DNA of 63,624 nt, the filler included, from Octopus bimaculoides (Eukaryota): assembly GCF_001194135.2 (NCBI RefSeq). It is 5 parts of 4 records of this genome, joined end to end, with 100 filler letters (N's around TTAATTAATTAA, not from the genome) between each part and the next. Parts side by side here need not be neighbours in the genome. Positions count along the whole stretch, not along the records: positions 1 to 26,182 come from NC_068982.1; 4 more parts are not named here. One strand, 5' to 3'. This document shows, in pieces, positions 1 to 13,996 of this stretch. The position numbers and the translations under genes were made by a program. Within the stretch, counting starts at the first letter, position 1; every line of letters starts with the position of its first letter. The notes beneath the pieces were generated by a model, which had not been told where the DNA came from, searched no databases, and saw nothing but the letters and a program-made list of their open reading frames with translations.

Positions 1-2076
1 TGGCGACAAATTTCGTCTAGGTATGTGGGTGGCTGTGAGTACACGCTATAGACAACACTCAATGTGGTAGAAATGTATTTAGCATTCTCACTGGCTGCCG
101 CTCGAACAATTTTTTTCCCCTCTGATATATATTGTTTTAAAAACAGCATATCCATAAGAGAATTATCTCTAGACGAACGGTGTAGTAAATTTGTCTTTCA
201 TGATGGATTTTCATTACATGTGATGCTTATATATATATATATATATATATTAATACACGTATTATACACATGCATTCACTTATTGAGAGTATGTGAGAGA
301 CAGAGAGGGGATAGAAAGGGATGAGACAACGAAATTGAACATGATTGAGATAAATGGATATTTTGTTCATCTGCTTACCGTAGCTACAGAGTAAGTTACT
401 CAAAGAACTGTTAAAGGTGCTACTTGCCTCTGTTGTGAAAATCCAAAGTGTCATCACACACGGATATACATACGCAATGTAATTGTTATAAGAGGAATGA
501 TTCTCTTTCTAATGGCTGAAAAGTCCGATTCTTACATAAAATCTGTGTCTGTATGATTTTTACTTGATAGATAGATAGAATGCACTTTGTCCTTTGTCCT
601 CTTCTCAACTGCGATGTTCTTTTCACACAGTTCTACAGCAGTCGAGATAGTTTGATTCCAGTGTTTGCAATTGACTGATTCTTCTTACTAGTTCTTCAGG
701 TTAATGTCTGTCTATGCTGATGCTGCTGAAGGCATCCGTTTGGTCTTTTGACGATGCTAAGTTTGCTGTCAAGAATATGACTAGAAGTATTGTGTTTGGA
801 AGTAAATTTAAGAAAAGTTGTAATTATATTACTTCATCAGTTAAGTTTTTGACTGAAATAATTTCAATACTTTTTAAATCAAAAACCGACGTATATCCCT
901 GGCTATTGGAATACACTTTTAATTTACTACCAGACATATACATATCATACGCAGCAAAGGATTAATTTTTTCCTCCTTGATATTTTCTTCGTTTAGAAAG
1001 TTATGGAAAAAAAGAAAACTTTTGGACAATCAGAAAATAAAGTCAAAGAAAACTGAGATTAAATTTCCAAATTCATATGAAATATTTTGATCAATTATTA
1101 ATTAAAAAATGTAAAAAGCACATATGCTGTAAAATCTTATCTCGCTTGAAAAGCAATCAATCTTCTTATAAAAAAAAAACTATTTATGAATAGAAACAGA
1201 AGTATAAGCTGTCATTTGACTTATAAATAAAAAAAACAAGAAGCACAAAAACTCCTCAAAAGCAGAGAAATAAAAATAGATAAAAATATAAAGTACGAGA
1301 ATAACCACGATAGGCATTTTACAGAAACGTTAACACTGACTGATTTTTCTATTTAACATGACCAGCTGGAACTGAGCAGAATGATATATTCTGTTATCAA
1401 TCAAATGCCTGCCGATAAGGACGAGTGAAGAAATGCAAGAGTTCCAGCAACCTGTTTTTCCTATAAGTTAATTTGGTTATTGGAAATTGATTTGTAAAAG
1501 ATAGCATTTTGTTTATTGTGAACAATAGAGATTTGTCGCTACAAGTCTGATCTGTTATCCAGAGAAATTGTCGGCCATCTATGTATTGAATGAATTAAGG
1601 CAAAAGATATCAAAATTGCATCTCTCTAAAATTACCGATAGTGATTGATTAATAGTGAAATTTATGAGAAAGATGAAGTAGAAAAAACAAAACAAAAACA
1701 AATCTAAATGAAATTACAGTGAAAATCAATTTGCATGCTTGGTGGAGCAATGGCTATACTTTCAATTGTAGAGCTTAAAAACAGATTTCTGATGAATTTT
1801 CATGCTTTCATTAAGACTGGCAACTGTTAGGAATGCTACCTAAAATAAACTGCTTTTCGGACAATGTTTTACCATATACATAAAATGTAAAGTTAATCTA
1901 TGATGCTATCATCGGTTACAAGAAAACAATTAAACATTATTTATCTGAATGGCATTTGAGCCTACAATATAAAAACCCCATGAATACGGTTTTAAAGTTA
2001 AACTAAATATATGAGTTTGTTTACTGTATATCAGACACTTCCACACATGATAAATGTTCCTGATTCAGGCAACAAG

Positions 2077-2352
2077 ATATTATATTGACTACAGTACTTC
2101 ATTGGTATTTCATTTTATCTACCCGAAAGGATGAAAGGCAAAATTGATCTCGACAGGATTTACTCTCAGAACACAAAGAGCTAGAACAAATCACCCATAG
2201 CATTTTACGACGCTCTAACGATACAGTTAATCTACCGCTCTTCCTACATGTAATAATAACGGTATCTAATTTAGGCACAAGGCCTAGAAATCTGAGGGGC
2301 AGAGAATTAACTAATTACCTCGATCTTAGCACTTGACTGGTACTCTATTTTA
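2077..2352 (-). mobile_element. Two degenerate family A SINE pieces
   Basis: acccgaaaggatgaaaggcaaaatt and ggcacaaggcc...gactggtact match family A. Confidence 0.65.
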
Positions 2353-3942
2353 GGGGATTATAATAATATCCGTGTATAAGAAACTCCCATGTGTTTTTAA
2401 TCTAATTTTTGACAAAAAGGGTTCCTTATACACGTTAAAATACGGTATATATTGTGTGTGTGTATGCATGTATGTATCCATATATATATTTATTTATATG
2501 TATATTATCTCTTTCTATACATTCACACGCGCACGCGCACACTCACACTCACACTAATACGCGCCTGCGCGCGCACACACAAACATATTTATGTATTCAT
2601 AAGTTTTGAATTCCAACTTAAGGATATTAAGTTAATTTGAGAATATTGTAGAAGGCACTTGTCAAATATGCCAAACAGGGTGGTGGAGGGGAAATATGGG
2701 ATCCCATAGACGCGAAGTGAACTTCTTAACCGTTCACCTATGCCTACGCCCAAATTAATTAGAATAAACATATATAAAAATTTGTACAAATAACATTTAA
2801 CAAAACATTAAAATGAGTTAACAGATGAGTCAGAATATTACCTGTAACGTTAAAGGTATTACTTTTATAACGGTGAATATTTATAGTAGCTGAAAGAAAA
2901 CTAAATATGAAACGGAAAGTAGAACATATTCATCAAACCGTTATATCTGTTTGAAATGAGTAGGTAATTTGAACTTGTGTCATTTTCATCTTTGTTGACA
3001 ATAATTTGTTGATCTTTTGCAATGATTAAAAATAATTCTTAAAATTAAACAAATTTATTTAAATTTACACAACATTACGAAGCATTTTCACACTTTTTAC
3101 AGGAATGATTCGTTAAGAATACTTATATAAAATGTAAGAGGCCAATTTTACTTATCAGAAATAATTATAATTAATTTATTAGACAATCTTGTTTAACTTA
3201 TGAAAGATCTGATAATTTAGTTTAATTTGAAGACATAAAGTTTGATTAATTGAAAATCACTAATGTCTAAATTATATATCTGGACCAAAAAGTATTTCCG
3301 TTAGGAAAATTCGTTTAGTTAAATCTGTAAATATAAGAATATAATTAAATGTATATTACAGACTTGCTAATATTGTGCTGTTTATAGAATAATCAAGAAT
3401 TGCTCGAGGAATTGTGTACGAATATATAAAATACATATGCTGTGAAAAATATATAAAATGTTCATAGTCAATTCAAGTAAGCGTCTTAATTAAATACAAC
3501 TCAGGTAAACATCCGACTTGCTTGAGGCATATTTTCAAATTACTGTTCAATGAGAAACACACATGTTCCCAATCATGCAAATACAGCAATGGTTTATCGA
3601 AGAAAAGTAAGTACATAGGTCAAAGTTGAAATAAATAAGACTTGTTTCAACTTCACCCTAGCATAGAAACAATATAGACAGAAGCATTCAGCAAAGTTAA
3701 CTGGCGAATGAGAAATTAGTTTGAAGAGATAAAACTGTTTGCGAGAAAATAAAATATTGTAGTTTGATTTACACTGATAATTGATCACTGTGTTATATTG
3801 CAGAAATAGCTTTATGGCGTATACCAAAAAAAAAAAAAAAAATCTATGAGAATTAAGAGAAATGTATTTCATTGCTAGAAGTTAAAATGTAAATTATAGG
3901 CACCCAATATTTCCATTTTTATAATATTAAAGAAACTTAAAA

Positions 3943-4150
3943 GGCAGCAAAGTGGCAGAATCGTTAGTATACCCGGACAAAATGCTTAGCGGCATCTAGT
4001 ACGTTTGCTTGTTCTGAGTTCAAATTCTGTCTCGGTCGACTTTTCCTTTTATCGTTTCAGTGCCGATAAAACAAGTACCAGTTGAGCACTGCGGTCGGTA
4101 ATCGAACTCCTTTTCCCGAAACTGCTGGCCTTCTGCCAAAATTTGAGACC
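3943..4150 (+). mobile_element. tRNA-derived SINE, family A
   Basis: A-box-like tggcagaatcgttag, B-box gagttcaaattc, tail ggccttctgccaaaatttgagacc; homologous to many other copies in the window. Confidence 0.85.
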
Positions 4151-5659
4151 AATTTTAAAGAAGCGTAGACATTTAATGTATTGAGCATATTAATTTAACG
4201 TGATTGGGGCAACGTTTAACTAGAATTTTTGTTATCGACCTATCTATTTGCCCGTTTGACTGTTCAGTGAGAAAACTCCTAAAGCCATAATTTTTGAGAT
4301 ACTCAGTCACAAGGAAAAGAAATAATGTAATCTAATAACCTAAATTAGATAAATTGAATCTGGGAGAAATTAGCTTTTAAATTAAGAGCATCACAGCTCA
4401 GCTTTTCAGTTATAAGGAAGATTGGTCTAATAAATAATTTAAGACAACTGAGAAAATTAAGTATGATCTACTGACAGAGTCTTTTCGATTTTAGTTTCTG
4501 TCACGTGAATTTTCATGAACGTTAATGATTTGTCTTCTTATTACAGGTGTAATTTCAGATGTTTTAAATATTCTTTACGGTATTAGATTTGTTAGCTCGC
4601 TGTTAATTATGTTTTTATACGGGAGGTTCCCCTGGGAAATTTCCAATGTAATTATTTGTATTTCCAAATCATAATTGTTTCACACCAAAGTCATTCTGTA
4701 ATCTTCGTATGTGTTAATTATTCTTCATTGAAGAGGTTTCATAAAATTAAAACATGTCCAGAGTTGTCATATTAATAACCAATATCAGTGTGCCATGATT
4801 TACACCGTTTAAATTTTGCGCAATTAAAATTTGGAATTTTTTCCCTCTACTCTTTATGAGAAAAAAAAGTCATTGATGTTAACAAGTTTATTTCACATTA
4901 TACAATTTCAAATGCATAAATACATTTTTCCGATCACTACATTATGTACTTTATCATAATAAGGTTATTGGACAAGGTTATTGGATGTTCACTTGGTTAT
5001 AAAGAAAAAGTGCTTATTGGTTGATTAACTAAATGCTTGTCAGAATGAACTATTATTGTCTGGTATGGCATTGTATTTCACAAAGGGGAATATATTAGTA
5101 CATGATTCTTTCATACTAACCCAATGAAGTCCTCACAGAGTTTTGCCATGTTCCTCAGAAACTATATGCAGGAGATCTCGCCAAACACTTGTTGCTCTTT
5201 CTCTCTTTCCTCTACAGGAATCTGTCACAATCTGTGGAAACGTTAGTGTTCTATCCCAACAATAAATTATAGATCTCTCTTCCAACATATCAAAACTGTT
5301 GAAGAAAATAATTGTAAATAATCTCCTTCTTACCTATCTCCCGCGCGTTGCGCGTGTCTCCCTAGTGACCACTAATAAGATGTCAATAGAACCACATTTA
5401 CAGGAAATTTGTCACTAACCAGTGATCCGTAACCTGTGGTCCCTTTGGTGAAATAAATGTCGTCGCGACATAATGATACTCAAACTGTATCTAACAAAAG
5501 TCCTTGTTAAACACAATTCCAGTTGATCACCTACGATCTACATCCAACTTTAATTTTTCGTGTTAGAAGCTTCCTGTCATTCATAACATTTTAGCATGCA
5601 CCAACGGAAATCCGCCTGATCTACATCCTATGAAATCTGATGTGTCTCAAAATATGCAC

Positions 5660-7350
5660 TTCATACTTTTAATTGTTTGGTGCGGAAGAAGTTGACTGTA
5701 TCAGTCGCTCTAAAACTGGGAAGGTGGGTGTAGTTGATGTTATTCTTGAAAAACCTGAATCCAACAATTCCAGGGAAAAAAGCAGATGGAAAATTTCATT
5801 GAAATTAAAAGGAAGGAGAGCAGACATAGCATTTAATGTTGGGCTCAAGAGGAATCGAAGAGAAACAATATAGATGATGAGAGAAGGAGAAGCGTGTGAG
5901 TTGGCAGTATCTAGATATAGAGGGAACCTTGCTAGTCAGTCCAGAAGATCTGTGTAATACGCAGTGTCTGTGGAAAAGGTAGAGCGAAGAAATATCGCAT
6001 TTCTGGACAAGAGGTTGTTATGTGTTGTTGAGTGAATCCATGACAATAACTGAGGTGGTATGTTATGGATGCAATCAAGAATATCCATATGTTTAGTAGT
6101 AGAAACAATTCAAATGTGTGTGAAGTTTTTCATCCTAGGTCTCACTTGAAATACTTGAAGTTGTACAGAGTTGCAATCGTTGGAAGAAAGAATTCTCTAG
6201 ATCTCCAAAAGAAAGCCAGTCTTTGAGAAACAGTCTTTACTGCATCGTTCTTGTGGAAACATCAGTAGAGATAATAATTATGAGACCTATTATTTGTAGA
6301 ACCTTTGAGGACTTTTCGCTATTTAGTTGAGTGTTGATCGTGGTAAGAGGGATGTGGGGGAAGCGTCTATCCCTGATATGCGCAGTGCTTTTGTGCTATC
6401 GAAGGAGCCAAGACGATTCATCATCAGCCTTCAACCAGCCTATGGTTGGCCGGAACTACATTGAAAATCCCTTTCCACACTACACGGTCCTGCATTGCTG
6501 TGTTCAGATCTCTAATATCCAGCCCAGTGTCCCGAGATATAGTATCTGGAAATGTCAGTTTCCTGGAGAAAATACTTCCAAAAAGATGCCATAGGAATAG
6601 GGACGAGATAACCTCTTTCTCTGCTCGATGACGGCGGCCAGCAAATTGTAGCCGTTTCTGCTTTAGCTTTAGGGATATTGGTATCAGATTTCTGTAGACG
6701 CTACTAAGCGTTGGGTGTGATCTCCAACTGATGTTCTGTATCTTTCTGAGCAGGTTGCTATATGTTCCATCTAGTTGTTTTTCTAAGAGAGCCGATAAGA
6801 TCCAGGTCTCTGATCCAGGTCTCTGGATCAAGATGATTAATATGACCCAATGGAGGACGCTTTCGAGGACTATTCATGGAGATGGTGCAAGTTTCGTCTA
6901 GGCTGCATGTAGGTTACACATGTGTGCGGAAAAGTAAGAGAGGAATGAATAGTGGTATAGACCGTGTAGAAGTAGCCAGACTGGAAGTGACGTTGATGTG
7001 TAGGAGGAAGACTATAGGAGACAAAACCGAACTTTGAGATACACCGGATTTAATACTGTGTTGGTAAAAGAGAGCTATAGTAGTAATGACTACGATGATA
7101 GCATCTGCCCGGAAGCCTTTGATCCAATAGACGAAAGACAGTTATAACACAGAGGCAGTTTGTGATTTCAAATGCATCAATTTGCTGATTTCAAATGGCA
7201 AACGAGATGAGGTTTTCTGTAGATTGGCTTTACGAAAGACCTACTGGAAAATCATTTAGAAGATATTCAAGGTGTCTGAGAAGGCGAGTCTTAACTCGCG
7301 AGTGTCCATCATCATTGAAATGTTGAAGTATTAAACTGGGAGGTAGGGTA
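5660..7350 (-). mobile_element. Degenerate CR1/L2-group LINE, RT and C-terminal region, interrupted by an RTE insertion
   Basis: Minus-strand frames give VGLS*SQSTENLISF (YGFR..RST.DLL-like), SGVSQSSVLSPIVFLLHIN (SGVPQGSVL-like), HINHL|GSFDSTK (split by the insert), TVSQRLAFFWRSREFF and CDISSLYLFHRH, with many stops and frameshifts. Confidence 0.75.
6419..6828 (-). mobile_element. 5'-truncated RTE-clade LINE 3' end
   Basis: ORF GSETWILSALLEKQLDGTYSNLLRKIQNISWRSHPT...RLQFAGRRHRAEKEVISSLFLW...TAMQDRVVWK resembles an RTE ORF C-terminus. (TGA)n tail; flanked by caagacgatt (6409-6418) and caagatgatt (6829-6838). Confidence 0.85.
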
Positions 7351-9298
7351 CATTGGTGATTAGCTTTCTGTCATTTCTAATTTCACAAACACTGATGACA
7401 CTACATTTTATGCTTTCAAAGCTCTAGCAAAAATTCTTTATCAATATACAAACTAGATACCTTAGTAACTGTATAAAGAAAGACGTTAAAAAAAATCGTT
7501 CCAGGGTAACTACACTTTTTTAAACAGCACAAACGCTCGATTTTACACATATTACTGGCACAGAATTGTAATTCTAGTTGTTAATAACACACGCTGTTTC
7601 TTCTCTCCGTATCTTCTGTTATTACTAAAATCGGCCTTTTCTTTTGAACTAGTCAGCTGCATATTCCTCCTCTACAAGAAATCTTCGTCCTCTTTACATT
7701 TTCTGCTCTCATTTACTTTAGTGTGACTGTCATCGTAGACATTAAATTAGACCTCCCAACAACCAAAAAAACCTCCAGGCTTCTAGAATCCTCGCCTCAA
7801 CTACTTTTTGACTTCGCCTAATGACATCGAAAAACATTAGATATTCAATCTGAACATTAATTGAATAATTTCATGAGATCGAAAGCTACAATAATCATGC
7901 TTATCTTCCTTCTCTGTTTTATAAAAATGTCTATCATTTGTTGCAGTGTGACTAAATTTGATTAAAGCAAATACATTAATTCATATTAATTTTATTATTG
8001 ACTTAGTTAATGAAATGAAGAGTAAAATGAAGAGTAAAACAATTGTTGCTGAGACCAATTTACATAAATCTTTCGTAAATAAGAATGAAGGGCAATTTTG
8101 AAAATAAGCCCAGGAAGTCATAACAGAGTGGAAACAATCGTCGTCTGGGACTGAGTGAGAAGAATCAAGAAATGAGGAACAATTATATGTACTTTGCCGT
8201 GATAAATTTTAAATATGATTCTGACATCAGCAGTGAAGAAGAGGAACTGAGAGTGTTGGGTATGTTGGGAAAAAGCAATATAACATTGGAATTGATTCTA
8301 GGAGAGCCAAATTCACAATCACGAGGGATCATTTCACACATGCGCACGCACGCACAAATTGTTGTCGTTCTATTAACCTCATATATAAAAGTGATTAGTT
8401 TAAAGAATTGAAACTATTCACTTGGATATAATTATGGTAGCAGCTCTTGTGAATATAACTTTTGTTATGACGCTAAATATGAACTTTATTAAATGAATTT
8501 AATTTATTTCAATTAGGAAAAAAAGAAAGAAATCCCATATTACATCGTAGAAATATTCTTTCATACGTGTCTAAATTAACTGTTATTTATTCATGTCAGG
8601 AGCCCTCAATTAATAATCATTGCAGTGAAAGAAAGAGAGAACTTGCAGACGTCACTTCTTTCTCTATTCACAGTTGAGCGACTTGGTTGAATAATGAACA
8701 TAAAGTAACTATATTTTATTGGAATAATTGGTGCATAATTTTATGACTGAATCGAAATGAAGAAGGTATTGTACAAACATTTAATTTTCGTCTTTAATGC
8801 TTGAAATCATATAGAAGTGTCTCTGTATTTCAAAACAGAGTACATTTCATATAAATGCATTTAAAAGCAGAAACTTTTAAACAACTATTATACAATACTC
8901 AAATTTGTTTTCTCTTTTGTACTCTGAATAACAATATTAAACTAATTTATTCTTCAAATGAAACACATCAAAAACTTCATCTTATACCTATGAATTTTCT
9001 TTAATAATATAGTCATGAACATTTAAATATTTCCAAATATCTTTTAAGAATATGAGAAAATATATGAATATACAAAATCATTTTTATCATTACCTAATTA
9101 TTAAGTGATAAAAATAACAATAGGCTATTATATAATAAGTTATGGAGGTGAATTTGCTTCGGAGACTAAATAGAAAATATTTCAAGCTAAACTACGAAAG
9201 CTAAATTTCGTGGTGCTAGTGAAGGCAGAGCTTTGGAAATATAAATATACTTTATCCCCCCAAATTGTGTGTTCCACCTTTCTTTACCCACCCTCTCT

Positions 9299-9356
<58 letters not shown>

Positions 9357-9714
9357 AGAGTGTCATATATATGTTATGGTGGAGAGTCATTTTGCCAATA
9401 TAAACATGCACATTGTATTTCACTATTGTTTATTAGTAACAACCAAATAATTAACTACTTAATTGTTTAACTAACCACGTGTTTGGTCAGTGATTTGGTC
9501 AATCAATTTGTGGGTTTGTCAAAGCCGTTTCATTGAACTCTATCGATGGTCTACTCTCCTTTGCTCTTCTTCCTCAACAGAAATAAATCTAGCGATCCCA
9601 TTGCTTTACTAACAAGCATTGACCTTCTTTAATCTTCAATTACTTTCTTTACCTACTCACCATCTCTTACTAATTAATTAATATTTCTTAGAATTTGAAT
9701 CCTATCACAATAAC

Positions 9715-9922
9715 GGTTTCAAATTTTGGCATAGAGTCAGTCAGCAGTTTATGTGTGGAGAAGGAAGTCGATTACATCAGCCCCAGTGCTTGCTTATTTT
9801 ATCGAACTTGAAGTTATGAAAAGCAAAGCAAACCTCGGTGGAAATTGAGCTCAAAACGTTAAGACAGACGAAATATTGCTAAGCATTTTGTCCTGCATGC
9901 TAACAGTTCTGTCAGCTCGCTC
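9715..9922 (-). mobile_element. Family A SINE
   Basis: ggtttcaaattttggca...gtcgattacatcagccccagtg...gctaacagttctgtcagctcgc. Confidence 0.85.
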
Positions 9923-11879
9923 ACTTTAATATCTTTACAATGATAAAGCAACATTGCTTTTCTTATAGAAATCTTCTGAAATTGTAAGTTACCAGCTTAA
10001 CATTACTTTCATAAAATGTAGTTTTTCATCTTTCTCTGCTTAACCATTGAATGGAAAATTATCATGGCTGTTTTAATAATGTGCTAAGTAGAACTTTCAG
10101 TCTCGATCAAAACTAATTTTGTTATAAATTTGACTCTGCTTTTAATTTTGAGCTCCCCATCATTTGAATTTTGTGTTGCTATTCCTTAAAATTGCTTTTG
10201 TGAAAAATATATGTTGCTCCGAAACATGTAGTGACTAAGGAAAGGTGTTCAGATGAAATCTCTAAAATCGGATGAAAACTGGGCATACATTTTCTTTTAG
10301 AGATTTCTGTAGTTTAACGCAGCAGAGACAAACCTTTCTTATATACTTCACAAAATTTGAAGTATTCTCATCTTTAGATGTTTCTTTTGAATATTTGAAT
10401 ATCATATTTCTGTCTAGACTTAGGTTATAAATATATTTAAATTTATTATTGTCCACTTAAGGAGTTTCTTTTCCTGCTGATGATCATCTCTTAATGTATT
10501 ATAGCAATCTTTACAATAATCAGAGTTATAATAACACTAAATTAGTTGCTTTATACATATTTCAACCAACAAGCATATATAAGAATTTGGCCAATGACAA
10601 GAATGGAAGGTTCCAATGAAAAAATACTCAACCTTTCTATATAAAATATTTTTCGTATATTTTTATTAAATATAAAGTGATAATATATCTAATAGAAATA
10701 AGTTTCGAACTAAATTTGACGTATCAGCCATTTTAGTGACTTACAAAATATATTGAAACGTCTATTTATCTTTTTATTGTGAAAATAGAGTTGAAAATAT
10801 TTTGTATTCTATCTGTTTTAATATAATGTTTGCTTTCCAAATTTGTTTATAAAACGCTTTTCAGGTAAATGGAAAAACTCCAATAAAATGAAAATCTAAA
10901 TACTACTATTATGAATATAAACTGCAATGTAAGTCATTTTAAACCGAAATACTATTTTCTTTGTGAGGTGCACTGAAAGTCTTGTAAAAAATACATATAT
11001 AGTAAAAGCTAAGTGCTCAAGGAATGAGAATTGTGTAATACAGAATAATGAATACACCAAATTTATAAAAACATAAATTTCATAAGTATTTTAAAAAATA
11101 TTATTTATGTTTCATGAAATGAAAAATATTTGTAAAGAACTTTCTTCATATTAAATTGTTTAGTTTAGTGATTTTATTTTATTTTATTTACTATCATAAC
11201 TTAGCAGAATGTAATCAGAATATTATTTTTAAAAAATAGTAGAGAAGGGAAGTGATGGTCGTAATATTCGTAAAGCATCATCATCTTTGGTGGAATAAGT
11301 GGAGTGGAATTGTTATTGGGAATTGAAAACAAACGCATTACTCTTCAGTTCAGTAGCGAAACACTTGGTATTATCTCAATCGTTGAGTACCTGACGATAT
11401 AGATTCTATACTCTGAAACATTACTTGTTTTACTACTTAGGAGTTACACAAGGTAAGCTGCGCATGAGTAACTTCAGTGTGCTGGCATTTTAAGGAATTA
11501 TTAAACAAGAAACAAAAGCCTTTAAAGAATATTTTGGAGTGAGTACATTTCTAAAGACTATTCTTAAGGAGTTGTAAGTTTTATGCAATAACAATAAATA
11601 ACCTTAGAGATTTAATCATAAAATCAAATATAAAAGACTGAGTGTTTTCTTGCAGATGTAAAAGCATTAGCTATTTACTATTCTGATGTCTTAGGTTCTG
11701 GAGAATAAATATATATTAGAAGACTTTTTTCTGATTACTAGTTTTAGACACCAAACCATAAAAGTGTTTAATGAATATATTAATTATGTTCTATCTCAAT
11801 AAATGGTACAAGGTTACGAATTTTAAAAGAGTGATTTATGTGAATGGTTTAAGTCTAGTACATGGCCATTGTTTAATTT

Positions 11880-11995
11880 AAAGGCGACAGGAAATGAAAA
11901 ATATAACTAACTGCAGAGCGATTTGACCTCAGAACGTCAAGCGAAGTAACTGAATGCCATAGGGTATTTTTAGTCAGTGCTCTAATGTTTCGCTC
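11880..11995 (-). mobile_element. Degenerate family A SINE fragment
   Basis: gatttgacctcagaacgt resembles the reverse complement of the B-box region. Confidence 0.4.
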
Positions 11996-13953
11996 ATTCT
12001 ATTGTTTCCTAGATTTAAAATACTGAATACGCTTTACTGATCAGATAAAAAGTATATTAAAAATATTTTAAATATAGTCTTAATTGAAGAGTAACGAGTT
12101 AGCTGCTCGGATGAAATATTAAAAATTGGAAATCAACTGAAATCCAAAAGCTGAAAAATATTCTATAATTTACGAATACAGCTATTATGTGAATACACTC
12201 CCCCAATTTATATCTGCTTTCTAGCCTTCTTCATTGTCTGTAGTTAAGAAGTCTGTAACAAAAGAAAACAGCCGTGTGATACTTCTGTCCCTTAAAAATC
12301 ATTTTCTGCATGTTTTTTAAAAAAAATCTTGACATAACAATATGTCACGGACTTTATCCTTGTTACGCAATTCATTAATTATGTTGTTTTACAATTTGAT
12401 GCCAACTCGATCAATTTTATGTCAAATAAATTTCAAATTAACTTTTTAATTTATTGATAAACACTACTGAAACTGCTGTAAAACAATTAGCAATAATTTG
12501 GTAATGAGTTAAATCAGTTAAAATTATTTCTGACTTCCTTTATATGAATCAAAACATGGGGTAGAAAAATACTCAAAGATCTACTGTTATTTCATCCAAT
12601 TATTGTGTTAATTCTATATATAGATTGATTGAGATCCTTTTCTTACTATGCCGTTCCAATATTTTAGTATGAAACCACTCAAGTTTAGCCTCATGAAACT
12701 GACTGCAAAAATGCGCTGCGGAGAATGTACAAACGGGTCAGGCAAATCTAAAGATTCTAAAAGTGAAATGTTCTCACATAATGATATAAGCTTTATCCAG
12801 ACTATTATTATCCTAACAATCTGAGTTTATATTATTTTCTTGGTTGCTGCACTTAAATTTCTTAGCTGAAAACAGAAAAATGTGAATTTTGACTTACTAT
12901 ATTAAAAGAGAATATTTACTTAATTTTAAAATTCGATTATACCGGACATTCTACATAAATTTTATGGTAAAATCTATGAAATTAATATGATCATTATTTA
13001 GATTCTAGTTTAGATAAAAATATAATCGAATGAAAACTTAATATTAACAGTAGCTAGATGAGCGCATACACATTTTCTGTAGATTATATCTTAAACATTA
13101 TTAAATACAGCTCTACCAATGTCTAATGGGGAATGAAAATTAAAAACAATTTCAATTGAAAAATAAAAATTACAACTTTGATCTAAATTAAGGGAAGTTT
13201 GACAGTTCTTGAATTTTCTCGAAGATAGAAATCGGTCTATAATTGGATTCAGAATTATTTTCGTAAATAGTTTTTTTAGACGCCAAACACCGAGTGAGAA
13301 TCAATAAAAAAGGAAAACAAACATTATTATGAAAGCACTGTTAACATTTGCTTCTGACATTTAGTATTAAGAAAAAACTGATCCAATTAATTTCCTACAA
13401 AACGCAAAAAGTGAACAAGACGCAAGAAATTGATTCTTATTAGGAAACTATATTTCAAGTGATTAAATATTCACATTAGTTCAAAACTGTTGATGTTTGA
13501 TTAATAGAAATGTTCTTATTATAAAAATAATTTACTCAAATCCCCTTTGGTCAAAATGATAATAAATTTTTTTTAGAGTAACAAAAATTAAAGAAGTGAC
13601 AAAAAATGAACTTAAATATAAATTCCATGTCCGAAATATCACAAAAACACGTCCAATCTTAAAATTCTATCTTCTAAGATTTCTTATCAACAAATTCATC
13701 TGGGGAAGTTCTAAGAATTATGGAGAATAGTTTTCATTTGCTTACATTCATGCGAACAGACATAAGTATTTGCATGTATACATACATATATATACAAATA
13801 TATAGGTGTACACGATTGTGCATGTATATAGTGACTATATATATATATATATNNNNNNNNNNTATACATACATATGTACACACATACACACATACATACA
13901 TATACATATATGTATATATATATATATATATAAGTCAGTAAATGGTGGGGTTG

Positions 13954-13996
<43 letters not shown>

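Noticed and set aside
11384-11427. CTGACGA...GAAA hammerhead-like pattern
   Set aside because: It needs 2 extra nt before the core and 4 extra nt before GAAA, so the stems are out of register.
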